Shown: positions 8,471-17,000 of the stretch, piece after piece
Layout: each line of letters starts with the position of its first letter
How positions within the stretch are numbered: position 1 is the first letter of the stretch
Assembly (NCBI GenBank): GCA_027858275.1
Contig: JAQIDA010000318.1
Location: 1-38,857 of the forward strand
From: Candidatus Kapaibacterium sp.
GTDB taxonomy: Bacteria; Bacteroidota; Ignavibacteria; Kapaibacteriales; UBA2268
Reading direction: 5' to 3'
DNA length: 38,857 nt
The notes under the pieces: generated by a model
The model's input: only the letters and a program-made list of their open reading frames with translations
Told to the model about the DNA's origin: nothing
The model's database searches: none
Made by a program: the position numbers and the translations under genes

Positions 8471-10105
8471 ATGCAAAAATACAGCGTTTCAGGAAATATC
8501 ACAGACATTGTGAACGAACGCATTTTCTCCGGAACAGTTCACATTGAAAACGGGAAAATTGCATCGCTTGTTGAGGAAGCCGGCAAAACGTATTCTAATT
8601 ATATATTGCCCGGATTTGTGGACTCACACGTTCATATTGAATCTTCAATGTTGATCCCGTCAGAATTTGCCCGTATGGCAGTTGCTCACGGCACAGTTGC
8701 TACAGTTTCCGATCCCCACGAAATAGCCAATGTCCTTGGAATCGAAGGCGTCAGATATATGATTGACAACGGCACAAAAGTTCCTTTTAAATTCTGTTTT
8801 GCAGCTCCGTCATGCGTTCCGGCTACTCCGTTTGAGACAGCAGGTGCGGAAATATCCGCAAGTGATATAGAGGAGCTTTTCGAAAAAGACGGATTGACTT
8901 ATTTGAGTGAATTAATGAACTATCCGGGCGTTATATATAAATTCCCGAAAGTTATTGAAAAACTCGAAATTGCCAAGAAATATAACAAAAGAATAGACGG
9001 ACACGCTCCGGGTCTGATCGGTCCGGATATTGAAATTTATGCCGGCGCAGGGATTTCAACGGATCATGAATGCGTTGATTACAACGAAGCTCTCGAAAAA
9101 ATTAGATTGGGAATGAAGATTCTCATTCGCGAGGGATCGGCAGCAAAGAATTTTGACGCTCTGCATCTACTTCTCAAAACACATCCTGATCATTGCATGT
9201 TCTGCAGTGACGATAAACATCCTGACGATCTGCTTGTCGGACATATTAACCAAGCTGTTAAACGCGCGCTTGCGCTCGGATATCCTTTGATGGATGTATT
9301 GAGGGTCGCGATAAAAAATCCTATAGATCATTATAATTTGGATGTAGGAATGTTGCGTCCGGGCGACTCTGCTGATTTTATAGAAGTCAACAATCTCAAA
9401 GATTTTGATATTTTAAAAACTTATATCAACGGCAAACTTGTTGCCGAAAACGGCATTTCGAAAATCAAATCTGTTGCAGCCAAAACACCTAATAATTTTA
9501 AGGCAGAAAAGAAAACTGTTGAAGACTTTCATCTTGTTCCGCAGGCCGATCTTGTGCGAGTGATAAAAGTCAGTGACGGTCAATTGCTGACAAAGGCTGT
9601 TATCAGTCTTGCTAAAGTTGAAAACGGCAATACGGTTTCCGACACAGAAAATGATATATTAAAAGCCGCGGTTGTGAATCGTTATCGAAATACTCCGCCG
9701 GCATTAGGATTTATACAGAATTTCAAATTGAAATCGGGAGCGATTGCTTCCAGTGTCGGGCATGATTCGCACAATATAATTGCGGTTGGTACCGGCGATG
9801 AGGAAATTTGCGCGGCAGTCAATGCTGTGATTGAAGCCAAAGGCGGGATGGCTGTGGCGAACAAGGGTGAAGTGGATTCTTTGCCGCTACCCGTGGCCGG
9901 GCTGATGACTACTGCAGACGGTTACGAAACAGCTCATAAATATTCTGAGTTGTCAGAAGCCGCGAAAGCTTTGGGCTCTGACTTGAATGCGCCGTTTATG
10001 ACATTGTCGTTCATGGCTTTGCTTGTTATACCGCAGATAAAATTGAGTGATAAGGGGTTATTTAACGGCGACAAATTTGAGTTCGTCGATGTTTTTGTGA
10101 AGTGA
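8471..10105 (+). CDS. ade: Adenine deaminase
   Basis: 544 aa. The amidohydrolase metal motif PGFVDSHVHIESS is followed by HGTVATVSDPHEIANV and later DGHAPG, TDHE and the length typical of Ade. Confidence 0.88.
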   Translation: MQKYSVSGNITDIVNERIFSGTVHIENGKIASLVEEAGKTYSNYILPGFVDSHVHIESSMLIPSEFARMAVAHGTVATVSDPHEIANVLGIEGVRYMIDNGTKVPFKFCFAAPSCVPATPFETAGAEISASDIEELFEKDGLTYLSELMNYPGVIYKFPKVIEKLEIAKKYNKRIDGHAPGLIGPDIEIYAGAGISTDHECVDYNEALEKIRLGMKILIREGSAAKNFDALHLLLKTHPDHCMFCSDDKHPDDLLVGHINQAVKRALALGYPLMDVLRVAIKNPIDHYNLDVGMLRPGDSADFIEVNNLKDFDILKTYINGKLVAENGISKIKSVAAKTPNNFKAEKKTVEDFHLVPQADLVRVIKVSDGQLLTKAVISLAKVENGNTVSDTENDILKAAVVNRYRNTPPALGFIQNFKLKSGAIASSVGHDSHNIIAVGTGDEEICAAVNAVIEAKGGMAVANKGEVDSLPLPVAGLMTTADGYETAHKYSELSEAAKALGSDLNAPFMTLSFMALLVIPQIKLSDKGLFNGDKFEFVDVFVK

Positions 10106-10193
10106 GATTCGCGCTAAACCTTCGGCAAGGTTTCCGGGAACAGGAAATTAGAAATTGAAAAACATTATCAATAAAAAATAAATCGGAGAACAA

Positions 10194-11405
10194 ATGTCTG
10201 AAATTAAAAAGCTCGGAATTTTGACAAGCGGAGGCGATTGCGGTGGTTTGAATGCTGTTATTAACGGTGCCGCGCGTATGGCTCAACACAAGAACATTGA
10301 ACTTTGCCTGATTCCTAACGGATACGCCGGTTTATATAATCTCAACAATCTGACTCCTCCGATAATTGATTTTACAATGTCTGACAGGATTAAATCCGAA
10401 GTAGCTGGATCCGAAGCCGGGCACTCCAGAGTGAAAATCAGTAAAATTAAGAATCCGGAAAAATATAATATTATTAAAGCCGGTTTGAAGAAGCATAATA
10501 TTGACGGCTTGATAATCGCCGGCGGTGATGATACGGGTTCGGTTGTGGTTGATCTGGTCAAACAGGGGATAAACTGTATTCATGTTCCGAAAACGATGGA
10601 TCTTGATCTTCAGACTTATTCAGTGGGCGGTGACTCTACTATTAACAGGATTTCAAAATTTACTTCTGATCTGCGGACGACGGGTATTACACACAATCGC
10701 GCGTTGATTATTGAAGTATTTGGTCGTTATGCGGGGCATACTGCTTTCCGCGGTGGTGTCGGCGCGGATGCTGACGCTATTCTTATCCCTGAAATCCCGG
10801 TTGATTACAAGGTGCTTTATAATCACTTTAAACATACTTATCTCCGCCGTCTTCTGGCGAGCGATGTCAAAGCATCTACATACATGATTGTAGCTGCTGA
10901 AGGCATAAAAAATAAAGCCGGTGAATATTTCAACGAAGCGGATCAGGCTAAAGACTCTTTCGGTCATACAAAGCTTTCCGGCGGCGGCGCGTATGTGCGT
11001 CAACAGCTGGAACATTATATGAAAGAAGATAATGATTGGGCTTTGATACTGCAACAAGCAGGGATTTTTGTAGAGGGTATTTATGAATTCCCTGAAATCA
11101 GAGAGGTTACGCTTGGTCATTTAGTCAGAGCCGGAAATTCTTCGAGTTATGACGTTACTTTTGGGAAACAGGCCGGCGGCGCTGCGGTTTTGTTGCTTTT
11201 GCAAGATGTCGCAGGCGTTACGGTTGTCGGAATCGAACACAATGAAGTTTCGTATATTCCGACAAAAGAAGCTATTGAACAACGCTTTGTTGATCTGAAC
11301 TCAGTTGAATATTTCGAGACTCTCGGCGTTTGTTTCGGCAGAGAGCCGGTTGAATATAATCCGACTTTCAAAAAACACGAAGGCATAATTAGCAGATATA
11401 TGTAA
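10194..11405 (+). CDS. pfp: 6-phosphofructokinase, probably pyrophosphate-dependent (PPi-PFK)
   Basis: Contains GILTSGGDCGGLNAV, GGDDTGS (D instead of G in the GGDGS motif) and PKTMDLDL (K before T). Both substitutions are established markers of PPi rather than ATP specificity. The EVFGRYAGH motif is also present. Confidence 0.82.
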   Translation: MSEIKKLGILTSGGDCGGLNAVINGAARMAQHKNIELCLIPNGYAGLYNLNNLTPPIIDFTMSDRIKSEVAGSEAGHSRVKISKIKNPEKYNIIKAGLKKHNIDGLIIAGGDDTGSVVVDLVKQGINCIHVPKTMDLDLQTYSVGGDSTINRISKFTSDLRTTGITHNRALIIEVFGRYAGHTAFRGGVGADADAILIPEIPVDYKVLYNHFKHTYLRRLLASDVKASTYMIVAAEGIKNKAGEYFNEADQAKDSFGHTKLSGGGAYVRQQLEHYMKEDNDWALILQQAGIFVEGIYEFPEIREVTLGHLVRAGNSSSYDVTFGKQAGGAAVLLLLQDVAGVTVVGIEHNEVSYIPTKEAIEQRFVDLNSVEYFETLGVCFGREPVEYNPTFKKHEGIISRYM

Positions 11406-11423
11406 TCTAATACTGATTGCCGC

Positions 11424-11446
11424 AACCGTGGGTTAACCCCACGGTT
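11424..11446. terminator. GC-rich hairpin AACCGTGGG-TTAAC-CCCACGGTT between pfp and arsC (possible terminator or attenuator, no U-tract)
   Basis: The 9-bp perfect stem was read directly. It is extended by the outer pair ATTGCC/GGCAAT. No T-run follows, so its function is uncertain. Confidence 0.35.
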
Positions 11447-11468
11447 ACCAACAGGCAATACCCATAAC

Positions 11469-11885
11469 ATGAAAACACTAATCCTATGCACAGGCAACTC
11501 CTGCCGCAGTCAGATGGCAGAAGCATTTCTGAAATCATTCGATCCCAACGGGGAAGTATTTTCAGCGGGAACTAAGCCGGAAGCGGAAGTAAATCCAAAT
11601 TCAATTATCGTGATGACGGAACTTGGTCTTGAGATTAAGGCCTGCAAGCCAAAATCTGTTGATATTTTTCTTAATGAAGAATTCGATTATGTTGTCACGG
11701 TCTGCGATAAGGCAAAAGAAACCTGTCCTGTTTTCCTCGGCAAAGTTAAGAATCGCCTGCACATCGGATTTGACGATCCGGCGGCGGCACGAGGGACTGA
11801 GGAAGAAATTCTTAATCAATATAGACTTATTCGCGATCAAATCGAGAAGAGGTTCAGAGCGTTTTGGGAAGATTTGCAAAAGTAA
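11469..11885 (+). CDS. arsC: Arsenate reductase, thioredoxin-coupled LMW-PTP family (ArsC)
   Basis: Has the CX5R P-loop ILCTGNSCRSQMAE. Two downstream Cys are spaced 7 apart (VTVCDKAKETCP), matching the three-Cys pattern of pI258-type ArsC. The DP motif (FDDP) is present. Confidence 0.8.
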   Translation: MKTLILCTGNSCRSQMAEAFLKSFDPNGEVFSAGTKPEAEVNPNSIIVMTELGLEIKACKPKSVDIFLNEEFDYVVTVCDKAKETCPVFLGKVKNRLHIGFDDPAAARGTEEEILNQYRLIRDQIEKRFRAFWEDLQK

Positions 11886-11997
11886 TTGATGAGATATTCT
11901 TTTTCTAATCAATAAAGAATGTATTGGCAAATGCGGATTTATCGATAATTTTGTAACGAACGCTGATGTATAATATCCTTTGATTTATAAGTAGCTG

Positions 11998-13365
11998 ATG
12001 GAAAACACGAAAAAAAAGAAATCCGGGTTTAAAAACCTGATAAAAACAATTATATTAGCTGTAGTCATAAGTTTTGCAGCTGCTTGGTTGGGCTATGTAA
12101 TATTCGTTGATGATGACATTGACGGACAAATTTATAATATGCCCGGACTCGGTGCTGACAGCCAATCGACTAAGGCTGATTCAAGCAAGACAGACTCCGC
12201 GACTGTGATTATACCTGATTCTTTGAAGCGTTTAATTCACGTGAGTCGTCGTGAAGATTTGACAATTCCCATGTCGATGGATCCAACAGCCGGCAGGTAT
12301 GTGAAACGTGTTTTCTCCGGAAGACGAATAAATATAGCTGTTATCGGTGTTGATTCTCGATTGGGCAGCAGTTTCAAGCATGCTGATGCCAATCATGTTA
12401 TATCTATTCTAAGCGATCAGGGGCAGATAGAAATAACGTCTATACCCAGAGATACTCCGGTGGATTGTGGTTATGAGGACAGTACGGGACAAAACAAATT
12501 AACGGTGCTCTATGCTATGGACAGCAAAAAGAATTACTTCAAAAAAATTGCTGATATAGCAGGGCTTGATCATATACACTATTACATCGAAGTAGGATTT
12601 TCTCAAGTAATGGGTTTTCTGGAACTGCTTGGTTTCAAAGATTCCGGTTCTGCTTTGCAGGTCCTTCGTTCACGAAACGGACTCGGCGGCGCGGATTACC
12701 AACGTTCGTACAATCAAGGCCAATTCATACGACAAACAATTCTGAAGCATTTCAACAAAACAGACGGGTTTTTTAGTGAGATCCTTCTCCGAGGAGGCCT
12801 GTCGATGGTTAATACAAATCTGACAGCTTCATCCGCGAGAAGTATAGTAAACAGTCTCAAAAAGAAGGGTTTTCCTAAAAACGAATCCTCTGTGATTGTG
12901 CGTATCCGTCCTAAAATGAGAATGAAATATAAAGTTTATGACCTTATGGACAGTGAAGTTGTCGGGGCTTTAAACGAAAAAATTCAGAGATTCAATCTTA
13001 ACAGAAAAGATATTGCAGCTAATCAGCGAATAAATAAAACCGCTAAATTGTTGAGCAATGCCGTAGAAAAAGCTATAGCTGACTCGGCAAAAAAGAACTA
13101 CAGAGTGCTGCACAGACTCACTACTTACTTCAAACAGCGTGCTTGGCTTCAGGTTGCAGACTCAGCTGAGCGTTACAGACTCAGAGAAGAAATCGGCATT
13201 CTTCTGTCTGATGCCTATCGTAAACAAGGCAAAAATCGTGAAGCCGACAAGGTTCTGAAAGTGATAGAAAATGAAAAACGCTTGTTTTCAAACCCCGTTT
13301 TAGATTCTGTGATTGAGGTCAAAGACACTACTGCTCTGCCTGATTCAAACAATCAGATAAATTAA
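11998..13365 (+). CDS. LytR-CpsA-Psr (LCP) family protein, membrane anchored
   Basis: An N-terminal TM segment (IILAVVISFAAAWLGYVIFV) is followed by the LCP core INIAVIGVDSR....HADANHVISI....ITSIPRDTPV ... HYYIEVGFSQVMGFLELLG, which matches the LCP domain consensus. Confidence 0.7.
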   Translation: MENTKKKKSGFKNLIKTIILAVVISFAAAWLGYVIFVDDDIDGQIYNMPGLGADSQSTKADSSKTDSATVIIPDSLKRLIHVSRREDLTIPMSMDPTAGRYVKRVFSGRRINIAVIGVDSRLGSSFKHADANHVISILSDQGQIEITSIPRDTPVDCGYEDSTGQNKLTVLYAMDSKKNYFKKIADIAGLDHIHYYIEVGFSQVMGFLELLGFKDSGSALQVLRSRNGLGGADYQRSYNQGQFIRQTILKHFNKTDGFFSEILLRGGLSMVNTNLTASSARSIVNSLKKKGFPKNESSVIVRIRPKMRMKYKVYDLMDSEVVGALNEKIQRFNLNRKDIAANQRINKTAKLLSNAVEKAIADSAKKNYRVLHRLTTYFKQRAWLQVADSAERYRLREEIGILLSDAYRKQGKNREADKVLKVIENEKRLFSNPVLDSVIEVKDTTALPDSNNQIN

Positions 13366-13452
13366 TTTTTAATTGTTTTTTATAATTATTGGTTTTTAAA
13401 TTAATTTTTCTTTTATTTGCTTTTGGTTTATTGAGATAATAATCGGTGCTTT

Positions 13453-13959
13453 ATGAAAACACTTATTCTTGTACGTCATGCGAAATCAAGTTGGGATGAT
13501 CATTCGGCCGGCGACGCTGAAAGAAAGCTGAACAAGCGCGGCAAAGAAGATGCTCCTTTTATGGGGAAGCTTATCGCGGATAAGGGAATTGTTCCTGAAT
13601 TGATATATTCCAGTCCCGCCAAAAGAGCGCGAACCACCGCCAAATTCTTCGCGGAAGCACTTAATTATCCAAAAGAGAAAATTGATTTACGAGATTTGAT
13701 CTACGATCGCGGCCCGAGATTTATCATCATGATGATAAACGAAACGAGCGATGACTTGAATACGATCATGCTCTTCGGACACAATCCTGATCAAACTTCA
13801 ATGCTAAATTCCCTTGCCGGAGAAAATGTTTATAATGTCCCCACCTGCGGAGTTGCTTGCATAGATTTCGATATTGAAAGTTGGGCGGAAGTCGGCGACA
13901 AACCCGGGAAACTAAGATTCTTTGAGTTCCCGAAGAAATATCCGAACAGAAAGAGATAA
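13453..13959 (+). CDS. sixA: Histidine phosphatase superfamily protein, SixA-like phosphohistidine phosphatase
   Basis: 168 aa with LILVRHAKS (RHA/RHG motif), SSPAKRARTTA and FGHNP motifs in SixA order. Confidence 0.8.
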   Translation: MKTLILVRHAKSSWDDHSAGDAERKLNKRGKEDAPFMGKLIADKGIVPELIYSSPAKRARTTAKFFAEALNYPKEKIDLRDLIYDRGPRFIIMMINETSDDLNTIMLFGHNPDQTSMLNSLAGENVYNVPTCGVACIDFDIESWAEVGDKPGKLRFFEFPKKYPNRKR

Positions 13960-13986
13960 GAAATTAACATACTCAATTTATTCGTA

Positions 13987-14008
13987 GAGACGCACGGACG
14001 TGCGTCTC
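13987..14008. terminator. Hairpin GAGACGCACG-GA-CGTGCGTCTC downstream of sixA
   Basis: A 10-bp perfect palindrome read directly. It lies between convergent genes and has no strong U-tract. Confidence 0.45.
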
Positions 14009-14047
14009 AGCACGTTTACAATATGATTTAATATAGAAATACATAAG

Positions 14048-14072
14048 AGAGACGCCCAAATTGGACGTCTCT
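14048..14072. terminator. Hairpin AGAGACG-(11 nt)-CGTCTCT downstream of the giant minus-strand gene
   Basis: A 7-bp stem plus a CC/GG extension. It shares its stem sequence with the hairpin at 13987-14008. CGTAGAGACG (13983-13992) and CGTCTCTACG (14066-14075) are exact reverse complements. Confidence 0.45.
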
Positions 14073-14084
14073 ACGAATCCAAAT

Positions 14085-17000
14085 CTATTTCAACAGAATA
14101 AACTTCTTCAATTCATACTTATCAGCGGCGTATTCATAAGAGACAAAATAGACTCCGTCGGCGAAATCGCTGATGTCGAGAATGATTTTGTTATTGCCTT
14201 TGTTCGCGTTGACTGTCTTTTCGAATAAGGTTTCACCGAGGACGTTGCGAACTGTGAGTGTGCCGGATACTTCTCCGTCCGAGCTGATTGAAATGTCAGC
14301 TACATCTTTGTTCAATATCATTTCAGGCAGAATCAATTCTGCTTGGGGCATGAATATAAACGGGAAATCAACTACTTGCCGGCAATCGGGAGTCGCGACA
14401 AGCCGGCCTGTCACAGTGTCGATTGTCACAGTTTTCAGACTGATCGGCACGAACTCATCAATATATAATTCCGTGCTGTCAGGTGTATGCAGCAGAACCG
14501 TTCCGCGAATGAACAGTATGTTGCCCGGATTGTTGATCACATACAGGGCATCATCTTTGTCAAGATGTCCGGAAATCGTTCCCAAATCATAAGTATAAGC
14601 AATTTCCCTTGTGCCTTGCTGAGAATCAGCGACAAACATTTTGTAGGGATGGAAGAGGAATCTGTCCCATTTGAAGGCAAAATCCAAACCGTCGGGTTCT
14701 AAATAGTCAATTGCTCCGATAAGCTCGACGGCAATATCAATTATGTCTCCCGGGATTTGTTCGTATCTGTCGATTTTCACAAGGGTTCTGTAATCTTCAT
14801 CGGGAGTTTCGCCTCGTAGTTTCACATAGGCAGTATCGTTGCAAGATGTTTCATATAGGAAATATGCCCGCACGTCGAATGTGCCTGAATTCGCTGACGT
14901 ATATTTAACCGGAATTTCTAAGCTTTCGTCAGGAGTCAGCATGAATGAAGTCGGCGAAGAATGCTCAAACTGTGTGCTTGGCGGAATTATCTTGAAATTG
15001 GTGACCATTATATCTTTGCTGCTGAGATTGCTGACAGTGAACGAAAGAGTCGTGTCTCTGTCAACCCATCTTTTGCCGAAATACAGACTGTCGGGCACAA
15101 TTGTTAACAGGGGATGAATCAGTTCGGCGATGATAGTGATTGTTAATTCAATATCACAAACCAAGCTGCGCAGGATAATCGTTTCTTCGTGATGACCAAG
15201 CCCGTCGAAATCTTCCGGATTTACTTGAATTACTATATTAGTCTCCCAACCGGCATCAACTGCCATGAGATCATTCGGATCAATATCGAATCCTGAATCA
15301 GGCTGATTTCTTACAATCGCGAGAGTGTCATCATAAGTCCCGCTGTTGCGATAAGTCATAGTGAACTCAAACGATCCTTCGCATTCTATAATTTCACCGA
15401 GATTGATTGTTGTGTCGAGCGGAGTTGAGTTTACTGTTGCGTAAGAGCCGCTGACCGGGAATAAAAGAGGGAAGCCTTCCAATGTCTCAGTTTCAAAGCT
15501 TACGGTCGCGCTTGCATTGCCTTCAATTGTCGGTGAATATTCAACTATGATGTCCGTTGTCGCTCCTGAAGGCAGAGTAAACGGCGGAGTATCGGACAAA
15601 TAATATTTAAAGTCATCTGAAGATTGGAGCAAATCTATTGCTATAATTCTTTCATCCAATGTGCCGTCGTTTGAAATGGTCAAAGTATCAAGCTCAACGG
15701 GCGGATCGCAAAGATAATCGCCGAATTCAATTGATGTAGCGGAAAACGCCAGCCATTCTGCTTTGCTGAACAGATCAACGGGAACGCGCAGTTCAGTCGG
15801 GCATTCCGATTCTGTGATAATCTGTATATAACCCTGCAATCTTGTTTCTATTTCCGTTCTGAATGTAAGAGTTACTTCTTTGAATTCTCCGGCTTCGATT
15901 TTAATCGGAAAAACGCCTGAGTGGCTGAAAGTCCAATCAGCATTGCCGGGACGGAGATTGATTTCTACTACTTCGAGTGGCATTGTTCCGGCGGCTTCCA
16001 ACTTAACGATCTTTTTATAATCAACGCCCATTTGGATCATCCCGCTGATTGTGCCCGGATCGACTGTGATATCAGACTGAATGCATTCACCCGTCAGAAC
16101 GACTTGAACAGTATCATCACAGGGATCATTTAGGAACAGCAGAGTATCGTTAAACATCCCCGTATGTGTTGGGTTGAATGTGATTCGATAGCCGACGGAA
16201 CTTGATTTAGATAATGTCGCGGGATACTCCGTAAATATAGAGCTGAGCGAATAATTTTCATAATCTATGTTCGGTTCACGCATTGAAGCGTTGAGATTGC
16301 CGAGATTAGAAATTGTGATATATCGTTCGGAGCTCTCGCCGAGGCAAACTTTCCCGTAGTTGAGAAAATACTCGTTTGATCGGACATCAGTGCTTGTGAC
16401 CTGAGCATGCACTTCGAATTCATAGGGGCTGCGAACGCCTCGCGCCGTAGTTCTGTCATTATTATATACCGTTAATGTCGAGCTGCCGTCTTTTGCTACA
16501 TCCGGAGCGTAACGAACATTTACGAAATCATTCTCGCCGGGTTCTATTATGAGCGGATAAGTTTGCCCGCTTTTCCAAGACAGCACAGTGAAGCTCGAGC
16601 TTGCGTCAAGGAATTCGGCTCCGCTGATAATTAAATCAGCATTGCCTGTGTTGTAAACGGGAATAGCTACAGTTGCTTCCGAGGTGCATTCCAGTTCAAC
16701 CGTGATTTCCGGGGCGCTGATTATCGGTGAAACACCGTAGGCTCTGACAGTTACGAATGTATCTCGCACGCATGGCCAAAGTGAAAAACGAACTCGAGTG
16801 TCAGCCCAGCCGGTATCCACAGTTGTAATATTGAATGTCATATAGTTGTCATCATCGACGAAAATTTCAAGAGGGAACTCTCCGTCAATTGTGATTAAGT
16901 TATTGCCGGAATCCTGCCCGTAAGTTTTTACCATTTCGCCGCTTTCGTCGGCAATCCATGCGGTCGAATCTCGCAAAGTATCGCCGCAGGGAGCGTAATC

